64,000 nucleotides of DNA from an uncultured Solirubrobacterales bacterium (GTDB lineage: Bacteria; Actinomycetota; Thermoleophilia; Solirubrobacterales; 70-9): contig OY969794.1 of the NCBI GenBank assembly GCA_963703175.1, positions 1,974,069 through 2,038,068 of the forward strand, read 5' to 3'. The position numbers were made by a program, and so were the translations under genes. Below, piece after piece: positions 9,040 to 18,391 of the stretch; within the stretch, counting starts at the first letter, position 1, and every line of letters starts with the position of its first letter. The notes beneath the pieces were generated by a model that was not told the DNA's origin, did not search any database, and was given only the letters and a program-made list of their open reading frames with translations.

Positions 9040-9722
9040 GCTCGGCTGTCGACGGTCAGATCATCTATGGGCGCCGGCCGGTCGAGGAGGCGGAGCTGGG
9101 GAGGCGGCGTGTGCGTCGCGCCTGGCGGGTGCCGGAGACCTCGCCAGAGGAGCTGGAGCAGCTTTGCGGCTCACCCGACCACCAGGGTGTCGTCGCTGAG
9201 GTCGATCCCTACCCATATGCGGACCGGAACGCTCTCTTAAGGCGCGAGGGTGCACTGCTTGTCGCACTCGATCAGGTTCAGGACCCGCGCAACCTCGGGG
9301 CCGTCTGCCGCTCGGCCGAGTTCGCCGGTGCGGCCGGCGTCGTCATCCCCGAACGCCGCTCGGCCGAGGTGACCGCGGTCGTCTGCAAGGCATCGGCCGG
9401 CGCGATCGAGCACCTCGACATCGCCCGCGTCCGCAATCTCGCTGACTGGCTCGCCGAGGCAAAGCAGGCGGGCTTCTGGATCTGGGGCGCCGACGCCGAG
9501 GCTGACCAAGCCCCCTGGAACGTCGACCTGAATGGGCCGACCGTCCTCGTGCTGGGCGGCGAGGGCAAAGGAATCCGCCCTCGCGTCGCTTCAGCTTGTG
9601 ACGGTCTCGTCGCATTGCCGCGCGCCGGATCAATCGACTCGCTCAACGTCTCCTCAGCTGCCGCCGCACTGCTATTCGAGGCTGTCCGCCAGCGCTCCCC
9701 CCGCGACAGGACCCGCGGCTGA
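9036..9722 (+). CDS. rlmB: 23S rRNA (guanosine-2'-O)-methyltransferase, SpoU/TrmH family (RlmB-like)
   Basis: SpoU motifs (DQVQDPRNLGAVCRSAEFAG, LVLGGEGKGIRP, LNVSSAAAALLFE). The GTG start overlaps the cysS stop, and cysS-rlmB synteny is conserved. Confidence 0.85.
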   Translation: MSSAVDGQIIYGRRPVEEAELGRRRVRRAWRVPETSPEELEQLCGSPDHQGVVAEVDPYPYADRNALLRREGALLVALDQVQDPRNLGAVCRSAEFAGAAGVVIPERRSAEVTAVVCKASAGAIEHLDIARVRNLADWLAEAKQAGFWIWGADAEADQAPWNVDLNGPTVLVLGGEGKGIRPRVASACDGLVALPRAGSIDSLNVSSAAAALLFEAVRQRSPRDRTRG

Positions 9723-9768
9723 GGGTTTCGTGCCGCAGCCCGAATTGCAGAAATCCGCAATTTGGGGT

Positions 9769-9796
9769 TGACAGAACTCCGCTGGGCAGTAAGACT
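9769..9796 (+). promoter_or_regulatory. Candidate sigma-70-type promoter upstream of sigH (TTGACA-16 nt-TAAGAC)
   Basis: A perfect -35 hexamer at 9769-9774 and a weak -10-like hexamer at 9791-9796. The only evidence is the sequence match. Confidence 0.2.
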
Positions 9797-9908
9797 ACGC
9801 CGCCAACAAGGGTGAACCTCAGCTTGAGTCTGAGATTCTTCCCGTCAATCAGGGCGCCACAGGGGAGGTACCGGCGCCACGACCCTTCATCTCAAAGGAG
9901 AAGGATCT

Positions 9909-10616
9909 GTGGCTCTATCGTCGCCGACCCAGGAGTTGCGACTCCCCAGCGGGCATTTCAACGGCTCTACCCGGCCGAGCATTAACCCTCAACCTGAGCT
10001 TGATGATCATTATCTGGTCGCCCTCGCCAAGGAGGGACGAACCGACGCCTACGACACGATCGTGCGGCGCTACCGCGGATTCGTCCGCCTTAAGGCTTCG
10101 TCCTATTTCCTCCTTGGGGGAGAGAGCGACGATCTGATCCAAGAAGGGCTGCTCGGCCTCTACAAGGCGATTCGCGACTATCGCAGCGATCGCGAGTCGA
10201 GCTTCCGCAGCTTCGCCGAGCTCTGCATCACCCGCCAGATCATCACCGCGGTGAAGACGGCGACCCGCAACAAGCACACGCCGCTCAACCAGTACGTCTC
10301 CTTCAGCCAGACGCCGGCCGCGGCGGGCGATTCGGACACGACCCTCGACGAGATCCTGCCCGGCCCGACCGTCTCGGACCCGGTAAACCAGGTGATCGCC
10401 ACTGAAGAGCTGGAGAGTCTCGTCTCTTGCCTCTCCGGCACTTCGGGTGTCCTCTCTGACCTAGAGAGCCGCGTCCTCTCCCTTTACCTCGACGGCCACT
10501 CCTATGAGGCGACGGCCGAGCGCCTCGAGTGCGACACCAAGACCGTCGACAACGCCCTCCAGCGCGTAAAGCGCAAGGTGGCCGCTCATCTGGACTCACG
10601 CGAGGTGCCCGCCTAA
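9909..10616 (+). CDS. sigH: RNA polymerase sigma factor, SigH (Spo0H)-like
   Basis: Very close to the Bacillus SigH core as I recall it (YRGFVRLKASSYFLLGGESDDLIQEGLLGLYKAIRDY...SFRSFAELCITRQIITAVKTATRNKHTPLN...LSDLESRVLSLYLDGHSYE...VDNALQRVKRK). An AAAGGAGAAGG Shine-Dalgarno sequence precedes GTG 9909. Confidence 0.8.
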   Translation: MALSSPTQELRLPSGHFNGSTRPSINPQPELDDHYLVALAKEGRTDAYDTIVRRYRGFVRLKASSYFLLGGESDDLIQEGLLGLYKAIRDYRSDRESSFRSFAELCITRQIITAVKTATRNKHTPLNQYVSFSQTPAAAGDSDTTLDEILPGPTVSDPVNQVIATEELESLVSCLSGTSGVLSDLESRVLSLYLDGHSYEATAERLECDTKTVDNALQRVKRKVAAHLDSREVPA

Positions 10617-10622
10617 GGGTCG

Positions 10623-11966
10623 CTAGGGCAGCAGCTGGTAGCGGAAGACACTGGTCGAGTGCAGCGTGTCCGCAGGGTTCAGGTTCGAACCACGTGAGTC
10701 GAAGGCGACATAGCGACCGTCGCCAGAGATCGCTGGGTTGGCGGAGGGCGCATTTGCGGCGGGGCCGTTATCGGTAGCGCGGGAGGCGAGAAAGACGCGG
10801 CCGCTGCTCATGTCGCGGACGAAGACGTCGGGGATCGTGCTGTCGTCCGCCGGGCCGAGGTTGCTCGCGTAGGACTCGAAGGCGACGTAGCGCCCGTCGG
10901 TCGAGATCGAGGGACTGGAGGAGTCGCCGCTCCCCGCGGCGCCGTGCTTGCCCTGGCCGCGTGAGACGAGCAGCGTGCGATTCGTCTTCAGGTCGCGAAT
11001 GAAGACGTCTTCGACGCTGTCCTTGTCGATGTGGCTGAGGTTCTTCGCTTTACTGGCGAAGGCGACGTAGCGGCCGTTGGCCGAGATGACTGGCAGCTTG
11101 CAGTCGTCGGCCGCGAGCGAGCCGTGGCGACCGTTAGCCCGTGAGACGTAGGCCGTCCGCTTCCCTTTCATGTCGCGCACCGCGACCTCAAGCGCATTGC
11201 TGTGGTGGAGGTGAGCCCCGGTGAGAAAGGCGACCCAGCGCCCGTGGGCGGAGATCGAAGGCGTGAAGCCACCGTTGAACGGACCGCCGGGGTGAAGGCG
11301 CAGCGACGCCACCGGCGTGGTGGTATGCCGGCGCAGGTCGCGGACGAAGATGCCCCCGTAGGAGCCATGGAGGAAGTTGGTCGCCTGGGCCTGGAAGGCG
11401 ACGTAGTGGCCGTCGGCGGAGATCGAGGGAAGGTTGGAGTCCTCGTTGCCACCATCTCCCTTGGCGCCGTTTGCCCGCGAGACGAGGTCAACCCGGCCAG
11501 TCGAGCGGTCGAAGACAAAGATGTCACGCACCGGGAAGGTGTCGCCGGCCAGCGTGGTCGACGAGTTGTGGTCTTCGGAGCTGAGGTCCGGGTCCTCCGA
11601 GGCGAAGGCGAGATAGCGCCCGCTGGCGGAGATTGACGGGGAGCCAGCGGCGAACTCGATGCCGTGTTCGCTACGTCCGTGCGGGATATCGACGGGGATG
11701 ACGGGGCCGCCGATGCTGCGTAGGAAGACGCCCGTTCCCGACGCGCCAGGTTCGCTTTCGTCGGGGATGTCGCCGACGAAAGCGATAAAGCTGCCGTCGC
11801 TCGAGATCGCCGGGTTGATCTGCTCGGGCGGGAAGTGCGACCCGCCGGCGCCACTGGGCTCGGAGACCAGCAGGGTGGTGCCGGCAGCGCCGAGTGAGGC
11901 GGCGGCGAGGACGAGCGCGGCGGTCGCGACTGCCGCGCAGACGAGGGTTGCGAGCTTCCCTCTCAT
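10623..11966 (-). CDS. Secreted TolB-like (PD40/WD40-like) beta-propeller repeat protein
   Basis: Signal peptide followed by seven IS[AST]DG[RH]YVAF-type PD40 repeats. Confidence 0.75.
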   Translation of the reverse strand: MRGKLATLVCAAVATAALVLAAASLGAAGTTLLVSEPSGAGGSHFPPEQINPAISSDGSFIAFVGDIPDESEPGASGTGVFLRSIGGPVIPVDIPHGRSEHGIEFAAGSPSISASGRYLAFASEDPDLSSEDHNSSTTLAGDTFPVRDIFVFDRSTGRVDLVSRANGAKGDGGNEDSNLPSISADGHYVAFQAQATNFLHGSYGGIFVRDLRRHTTTPVASLRLHPGGPFNGGFTPSISAHGRWVAFLTGAHLHHSNALEVAVRDMKGKRTAYVSRANGRHGSLAADDCKLPVISANGRYVAFASKAKNLSHIDKDSVEDVFIRDLKTNRTLLVSRGQGKHGAAGSGDSSSPSISTDGRYVAFESYASNLGPADDSTIPDVFVRDMSSGRVFLASRATDNGPAANAPSANPAISGDGRYVAFDSRGSNLNPADTLHSTSVFRYQLLP

Positions 11967-12940
11967 CGGGGACGGGGGCCCCAGTCGGGGGCACCGACCC
12001 GATCCCCGAATCCTTCTTCTTCGGTGCCGCCGGTGTCGAACTCCTTCGCGAAGCCGTGCCCGTCGGCTCGCATCACCTCGAGGTCGCTGCTGTAGCGGCC
12101 GCTGGCGAGGAAGGCGATGTGCGTGCCGTCCGGCGACCAGGAGGGGTTCGTGTAGCAGGCGCTACCGAAGCAGTCATGGCGGCTGTGGGTCAGCTCGATC
12201 GCGTGCTTGCCGCTGATCCGCGCGACGAAGAGGTTTGGCCCGTGGTCGCGGTTGCTGGAGAAGGCGATCTTGCGGCCGTTGGGCGATACGTCGGGGTCGA
12301 ACTCGTTGCGGGGACCGCCGATCAGGAGCCGGACCTGGCTGCCGTTGGGTCGCATCGAGAAAATGTTGCTGCGATCGGTGCGGCCACTGCCCTGGCGGTT
12401 GCTGACGAAGACGATCCGCTTGCCGTTGGGCGTGTAGGTCGGGTCGTAGTCGCTACCGGATTCGTCGGTGATTTGACCTAGGCCACTGCCGTCGGTCGAG
12501 ACGCTGAAGATGTGCGTGGTCCGGTTTTTGAACCCACCGCGGTCGAAGACCACCAGCTTGCCGCTCGGCGAGAAGGAGGGGTTCGAGTCGTAAAATTCGC
12601 CGCTGGTGAGCTGTTTGATCCCGCTCCCGTCGCGGTTCATCAGGTAGATGTGGCTGCCCTGTGGCGCCATGCCCGGATCGCGGTTGCTGGAGAAGACGAT
12701 CAGCCGCCCGTTCGGCGAGTAGGACGGGCTGCTGTCGTCGATGTCGGTGGTCAGCTGTTTGGCTGCATCCTTCTTACGAGGACCGTGAGCAAAAAGGCCG
12801 CCCGTGTCTTCGAATTCGCTGATCGTGAAGTGCGAATAGGCGATCGGCCCGGGCACACCGGGGAAAGCGGCGTGCGCCGGGGCCGCCCCGAGCAGGACCA
12901 CAAGCCCGCATGCCCATATCGCCAATCTGCCCTTCCGCAT
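11963..12940 (-). CDS. Secreted TolB-like PD40 beta-propeller repeat protein
   Basis: Signal peptide and repeated SPNGRxIVFSSNRD / SPDGTHIAF motifs. Its stop overlaps the downstream PD40 gene start (ATGA). Confidence 0.75.
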   Translation of the reverse strand: MRKGRLAIWACGLVVLLGAAPAHAAFPGVPGPIAYSHFTISEFEDTGGLFAHGPRKKDAAKQLTTDIDDSSPSYSPNGRLIVFSSNRDPGMAPQGSHIYLMNRDGSGIKQLTSGEFYDSNPSFSPSGKLVVFDRGGFKNRTTHIFSVSTDGSGLGQITDESGSDYDPTYTPNGKRIVFVSNRQGSGRTDRSNIFSMRPNGSQVRLLIGGPRNEFDPDVSPNGRKIAFSSNRDHGPNLFVARISGKHAIELTHSRHDCFGSACYTNPSWSPDGTHIAFLASGRYSSDLEVMRADGHGFAKEFDTGGTEEEGFGDRVGAPDWGPRPR

Positions 12941-12991
12941 GGCGCATAGCCTAGTGCCGGCCTGGACGGCTGTTTGAGGCGCGAGCTCTGC

Positions 12992-14146
12992 CTAGTCAGT
13001 GGCTGAGGTCGGCAGCGACTCAACTTCGAACGAAACGCCGAAGTCGGCGAGGGCAGCGAAGAAGTCGGTCGGATCGAAGGCCTGCGCCGGCGCCAGGGCG
13101 CCGCTGCGCTCGTAAGCCGGGTCGGCGCAGAGCAGCGCGCCGTGGGTGAGGCTGACGGCGGTCAGGCCATAGACGTCGCCGCCGCGTACGGTGCCCCGCC
13201 GCGCACCGGCCTTCCCCCTCGCCTCGCAGCTGATCGTGAACCGCGCCGCCTTGCGGTCCTTCTCGCTGGGAGCGGCGGGCAGGCGCCGGACCAGCGCCCC
13301 AGTAGCGCGGCGCAAGGGAGTGCGCATCGCCATGCCGAGCAGGGGAGAGGCGGCGACCGCAAGCGGCATCAACCGCGGTGGCACGACCATGCCGTTGAGC
13401 AACGTCCGCACCCGGGCCGTCTCAACATGCCGCGGCACCGTCACCTGCTCGCCGGCGGGGTAGCGCAGCATCCGCTGCTCCCCGATCGGCTCGGGAAAGC
13501 GCCAGCGCCCACCATCGGCGCTACGCGGCGCCGGCCGCCAATCCCCATCGATCCAGACCACATCGCCCCCCTGCATGATCTCCAGCCCCGAGAGGGCAGT
13601 GCCATGCGTAGGCGTGAACCCATGCACGCAGTAGGCAAGGACGATCTCCTCCAGCGGCCCCATCCCATCGGCAGTAAGCGCCGCAATCAGATCCCCAGGG
13701 GCGTAGTCAAAGCCCATCCCAGAGACCAGCGCAACCCCCTTCTCAGCCGCCGTGTCGCCATAGCGATCAAAGACCATCCGCATAAAAGGCTGCTCCCCAG
13801 TCGTATCCAGGTAGTGGGTCCCAGCATCCACAGCAGCAGCCACCACAGGCTCCCCGTGCAAACCAAACGGCCCGGCACAAGCGACCACGACCGAACAAGG
13901 CTCAAGCATCTCCCGCAACCCAGCCGGGCTATCGACCGACACAGCCGAGAACGGCACGCCCCCAAGCTCCTCAGAAAGCGCCTCTAACTTCCCTCGGTTC
14001 CGCCCGGCGATCAGGAATTCGGCGCCCAGCCGGCCGAGCTCCCGAGCAATCAGCCCGCCGGTGAAGCCAGTGGCTCCATAAACAGCAATTCGTCTGGCCT
14101 CGGCCGAACCCTCGAATGAACCGCTCGCTGCTGTCACAGGTGGCAC
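12992..14146 (-). CDS. Saccharopine dehydrogenase-like NAD(P)-binding oxidoreductase
   Basis: N-terminal Rossmann motif IAVYGATGFTGGLIAREL...AGRNRGKL, with length and layout typical of this family. Confidence 0.7.
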   Translation of the reverse strand: MPPVTAASGSFEGSAEARRIAVYGATGFTGGLIARELGRLGAEFLIAGRNRGKLEALSEELGGVPFSAVSVDSPAGLREMLEPCSVVVACAGPFGLHGEPVVAAAVDAGTHYLDTTGEQPFMRMVFDRYGDTAAEKGVALVSGMGFDYAPGDLIAALTADGMGPLEEIVLAYCVHGFTPTHGTALSGLEIMQGGDVVWIDGDWRPAPRSADGGRWRFPEPIGEQRMLRYPAGEQVTVPRHVETARVRTLLNGMVVPPRLMPLAVAASPLLGMAMRTPLRRATGALVRRLPAAPSEKDRKAARFTISCEARGKAGARRGTVRGGDVYGLTAVSLTHGALLCADPAYERSGALAPAQAFDPTDFFAALADFGVSFEVESLPTSATD

Positions 14147-14213
14147 GGTAGCCGCTAGAGCTGGGCAAAGGACCTCTGCCGTCTTTCGCCTCTCGGCGGA
14201 CTAGGCTGACGCC

Positions 14214-17200
14214 ATGCCGAGCGGAAGGGGCCTAGGAGATAGGCAACTTGATTTGTTGGGGCCGACGCCGCTGTTGGACGACACCGGCCGCGCCAGAGCT
14301 CTCGACAGGATCCGGGCAACTGATCTGCTTACCAAGCAAGGCTGGTCAGCCCAGTCCGCGACCCTTGTTGAGGCATTGAGCGCCGGCTGGATTGAGCACA
14401 GCACCGAGGTTGCTCTTCACAGTGAGTTCCTATCGAGTCTTTTCGTCAAGCTGCTGGGCTATGCCGGCGCACTCGCCGGTAGCTCACCCTTTACTTTAAG
14501 CGCGTCTGTCACGACCGAAGTTGACGCCACCGAGGCTGACGCGACGTTGGGCTGGTTTACCGCGCCCGGGGTTGGTCAGACCCTTGCCGTCATCGAGCTA
14601 AAGGATGCGCGGACCAACCTCGACAAGCGTCAGCTCTCGCGACCTGACCGTTTGACCCCGGTTGATCAAGCTTTTCTTTACGCGAACAAGTTCACCGGCT
14701 GCCAGTGGGTCGTTGTCTCAAATTTCCTAGAGCTTCGTCTCTACTCAGTTCGTCACGGGCAGACGTTGTATGAGCAATTTTGGTTTCGAGAGCTAGCGGA
14801 CCCGGAGTACTTGATGGCGTTCATCTCACTGCTCTCGCCAGTTGCGCTGATAGGTGATCGGCCTGATGCCGAGGGGTACCTTCAAGGACTTCTGGTTGAT
14901 CGACCGGTCGATCAACAGCGACAGATAACCCAAGACTTTTATGCCGGATATTCCGATAGGCGAAACCGTCTCATCCATTACCTCGTCTCGAACTATCCCG
15001 ATGAGCATCCCGGGGCACTGATTGAGGCTGCTCAAACGCTACTGGACCGGATCCTCTTCGTTGCGTTCGCGGAGGACCGGCCGCTTCTACCCGACCACCT
15101 GCTTCGAGATACGGGTCGTAACGCACAAACCACCCGCAGTCGATCGACCACCAAGGTATGGGACGAGTTGCTCCTACTCTTTCGGGACATTGACGTCGGT
15201 TCCGATAGCGCGACGTCTACCCTTCCGCCCATTCCCGCGTACAACGGTGGTTTGTTTGCTGAGGATCACCTTCTCGACCATCGTATTAGCCTCCCAGACC
15301 AGCTTGTCCTGGACCTTATGGGCCTTGGTGACTATGACTATCGGCGTACTATTGACGTGGAGATTTTGGGGCATGTGTTCGAGCAGTCCATCTCCGACCT
15401 CGAAGCAATTCGGGCGGCTCATTCGCTCGACGAGCTTGCTGTCGAAACCGACTCCGACGAGCTCAACGAAGCACGACGTGCGCTTGGTGTGTTCTATACC
15501 CCGCGCTGGGTAACCGAGTACATCGTTAATGCGACCGTGGGCGAGATCGCGACCGATTCAGAGAACCCGCTGGATGATTTTTCGGCAATTCAGATACTTG
15601 ATCCAGCATGCGGAAGTGGAGCCTTTCTCGCCCAAGCGTTTCGATACCTGCTTGAGCTCGCTGCCGCGTCGACCCCGGAAGTCCTTCCGGACGAGCAGGC
15701 CGGTCTGCTCGACCAACGCGGCGTAGCCCAGCCGTCTCTCTACCTCTCCGGACTTCACGGTATCGACGTAATGGACGAGGCAGTAGAGATAGCCCACCTA
15801 TCTCTCTGGCTTGCGAGTGCCAGCCCCCTGGAGAAGCTTCAGCGCCTTGATGGCATTACGGAAGGCAACACGCTTACGACGATCGATGACGAAAACCCAT
15901 TGCACCACTTATTTCCCAGTGAGATGGAGGCAGGGGGATTCCATGTGGTAGTCGGCAACCCACCCTGGGGTGCCGATATTGATTTCAAGCTCGATCCGGC
16001 ACTCGAATTGGCCGAGGGACAATTCGACAGCTATGAGCTATTTGTCGAACGCTCACTACGTGACGCAATTCGGAATGGAGGCATGTTTGGGTTTGTGATT
16101 CCGGATCGTTTTCTACGTCCAGAGGGGGAGCGTTTGCGCCGCTGGCTCTTCGATCACTACAAGGTCCTGGAGATCATCAAGCTGGGAGAGGGCGTGTTCT
16201 CCAATGTGTTTAGGGCCGCTGTCATTCTGATCGTGAAAAAGTCTGACCCATCCGACGACGATGAAATACGAACGCTCAGCGTAACTTCGGAAGACAGATC
16301 GACGCTGGAAGAGACGGGTGCGACCTATCTCCACGCACTGCTAGAGGAGCGTGCGGGCACGATCAGCCGAGCGCGCATCAGCAACGAGCCGTCGTACAAC
16401 GTTCCACTGGGGGCTTCGGACGAGGACTTCCAGATTATGGCGACGATGAGTGGAGACAGCCGACCTTGGTTGGGCGCGGACGGCATTTTCGATCCGTACG
16501 GACGCGGGGTCGAGCTTGGAGCAGATGGATTCGTCGTTCGATGTGACGCCTGCTTTTCGTGGCAGGTCGGCCCGCGTCGTCGCTCACAGGCGCGAGGCGG
16601 TGGCTACTACGACAAGCAGTGCGAGCATTGCGAGGTTACGATCTCGGACGGTTCTTGGACCGAAGAGGCCAGGATCATTGTTGACGACCCCCCGCCTTCG
16701 GGTTCCGCTGCCGATCATGCCTTGCCCGGTAGTGGCTGGCAACGTCTTTATGTCGGTGAGCAGATATCCCGCTACGACCTTTCGCCACCACGCTGGATCC
16801 GTCTCGGCGTGCCAAACATCAACTACAAGAGCACGGATCTCTACACCGCACCGAAGCTGCTTATTCGCCAAGCCGGCGTAGGTGTGAATGCCGCGGTCGA
16901 CGAGACCGATGCGTACTGCCTTCAATCGGCCTATGTATACCGAGTGCGTGAGCAGGTGCCAACCAGCCCTTACTTCTTCCTCGCATGTCTATGCAGTCGA
17001 GCAATGCTCTTCTACTTCCATCGCTATACCAATCAAACGGAGTGGCAATCCTTTCCCAAGCTGGTGCATACGACTCTTCAGCAGCTGCCCTTGCCTGATC
17101 CTCTGCATGTCGACGATTCGCTTTGCGATGAAATCGCGGAGAAGGCAAGACGGCGGATGGGCCTGGATCATTTGGAAGCCCACGATCTCGACCTTGAAAT

Positions 17201-17339
17201 CGAGAATATGGTGATGAAGGCTTACGGTTTGAGTGGTGAGCAGCGCCAAAGGATCATTCGCACCCTGCGTTCTGTTCAGCGCTTGAGGGTGATTCGGGAG
17301 ATGTTTCCCCCCGAAGGCGAAGAACCTCGACTCCTCTGA
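14214..17339 (+). CDS. Type IIG/IIL (MmeI/Eco57I-like) fused restriction endonuclease-N6-adenine DNA methyltransferase
   Basis: 1041 aa. N-terminal PD-ExK candidate (D109...E128-L-K130 in ADATLGWF...AVIELKD, then VVSNFLELRLY). SAM motif I ILDPACGSGAF (about 15594-15629) and motif IV VVGNPPWG (NPPW at 15957-15968). The C-terminal specificity region contains a CxxC-22-CxxC zinc ribbon. GC is visibly lower than in the flanking genes. Confidence 0.8.
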   Translation: MPSGRGLGDRQLDLLGPTPLLDDTGRARALDRIRATDLLTKQGWSAQSATLVEALSAGWIEHSTEVALHSEFLSSLFVKLLGYAGALAGSSPFTLSASVTTEVDATEADATLGWFTAPGVGQTLAVIELKDARTNLDKRQLSRPDRLTPVDQAFLYANKFTGCQWVVVSNFLELRLYSVRHGQTLYEQFWFRELADPEYLMAFISLLSPVALIGDRPDAEGYLQGLLVDRPVDQQRQITQDFYAGYSDRRNRLIHYLVSNYPDEHPGALIEAAQTLLDRILFVAFAEDRPLLPDHLLRDTGRNAQTTRSRSTTKVWDELLLLFRDIDVGSDSATSTLPPIPAYNGGLFAEDHLLDHRISLPDQLVLDLMGLGDYDYRRTIDVEILGHVFEQSISDLEAIRAAHSLDELAVETDSDELNEARRALGVFYTPRWVTEYIVNATVGEIATDSENPLDDFSAIQILDPACGSGAFLAQAFRYLLELAAASTPEVLPDEQAGLLDQRGVAQPSLYLSGLHGIDVMDEAVEIAHLSLWLASASPLEKLQRLDGITEGNTLTTIDDENPLHHLFPSEMEAGGFHVVVGNPPWGADIDFKLDPALELAEGQFDSYELFVERSLRDAIRNGGMFGFVIPDRFLRPEGERLRRWLFDHYKVLEIIKLGEGVFSNVFRAAVILIVKKSDPSDDDEIRTLSVTSEDRSTLEETGATYLHALLEERAGTISRARISNEPSYNVPLGASDEDFQIMATMSGDSRPWLGADGIFDPYGRGVELGADGFVVRCDACFSWQVGPRRRSQARGGGYYDKQCEHCEVTISDGSWTEEARIIVDDPPPSGSAADHALPGSGWQRLYVGEQISRYDLSPPRWIRLGVPNINYKSTDLYTAPKLLIRQAGVGVNAAVDETDAYCLQSAYVYRVREQVPTSPYFFLACLCSRAMLFYFHRYTNQTEWQSFPKLVHTTLQQLPLPDPLHVDDSLCDEIAEKARRRMGLDHLEAHDLDLEIENMVMKAYGLSGEQRQRIIRTLRSVQRLRVIREMFPPEGEEPRLL

Positions 17340-17359
17340 TCAAGTTCTTCTTCGGTGCC

Positions 17360-18370
17360 TTAACGAAGGTCGCTAAGCACGTAGTCGAGTAATTCGCGCC
17401 CATGGTCCGATGCCACTGCGATGTCATCGGCGGTTATTCGTGCTCGGTGGAGGGATTGCAACCTGAGCACATCTCCGTCCGTGCGGTTATTGGGGAAGAC
17501 GCCCGCGTAGGAGACGCCCAGGCGTTCCAGGTGGTCGGCTAGCAGGGCCGTGGCTGGGTTCTCCAGAGGAAGGTCCAGGTAGATCGCGTCGAGGCATTTG
17601 CGGTGGAAGAGGTGGTGGCGCTCAGCGGCTACTACCGTCTCCAGGTCTGCTCCTGGTTCGTGGGCGGTGATCAGGGCCAGGTTGTGGTCCTCGTCAATCT
17701 CCACGTGGAGGCCGGTCCGCTCTGGCAGAGTCATGCCGGCCGGCGGATCGGCGAGCGTTCCTCGCAGTTCGCACAGCTCCAGGGTTTGGCCGATGATCTT
17801 GTGGTGGCGCTCGGGGGCGTAGACCTTGCGCTCGTGGCCGTCGTTCAGCTTGGTGTAGAAGAGCGCGGCCGATTGGCGGCGCGGTCGCTGGTCGGTTGCC
17901 GCGTCGTTCGATACCGACGCCGGAATCCAGCCGAGCAGGAATCCGGTCTCGTGGGCACCTAGCTCTAGGTTGGCGCGCTGGCTATAGGGGTGGGCCGCCG
18001 TCGCCTCGCTGTACATACCCGCTAGGCCTCGCTCGGTTGCCCAGTCCATCAAGTGTTTCTTGGTCCGCGTGAAGAGATGCTGGCCGCGTGCCGCCGGCAT
18101 CGTCACCGCCTGGCCCGAGTGGCCGACTGCGTCACCAGCTGCCGCCAGGCTCATTCCCTCGTGGCAGAGCAGATCGCCGTCGCTTGACTCTGCCACCCAG
18201 GAGACGTAGGTCCCGGTGGCCAATTTTGCCTCGACTTCGGCGGGGTCATAGACCCAACGCACGTCGTAGGTATCGCCGTAAGCGGCGCGGATTGCGTCGG
18301 TCAGGACGCTTCCTTCGCCAGGCTTCAGATACCTGAAAGTGACTGCTTCCGTTCCCACGCCGTCAATCAC
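17360..18370 (-). CDS. GNAT-family N-acetyltransferase with a C-terminal extension
   Basis: GNAT motif A region (TMPAARGQHLFTRTKKHLMDWATERGL...SQRANLELGAHETG). Convergent with the RM gene across a 20-bp gap, and also lower in GC. Confidence 0.6.
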   Translation of the reverse strand: MIDGVGTEAVTFRYLKPGEGSVLTDAIRAAYGDTYDVRWVYDPAEVEAKLATGTYVSWVAESSDGDLLCHEGMSLAAAGDAVGHSGQAVTMPAARGQHLFTRTKKHLMDWATERGLAGMYSEATAAHPYSQRANLELGAHETGFLLGWIPASVSNDAATDQRPRRQSAALFYTKLNDGHERKVYAPERHHKIIGQTLELCELRGTLADPPAGMTLPERTGLHVEIDEDHNLALITAHEPGADLETVVAAERHHLFHRKCLDAIYLDLPLENPATALLADHLERLGVSYAGVFPNNRTDGDVLRLQSLHRARITADDIAVASDHGRELLDYVLSDLR

Positions 18371-18391
18371 CCCCTCTATATTCGGTTAGAT

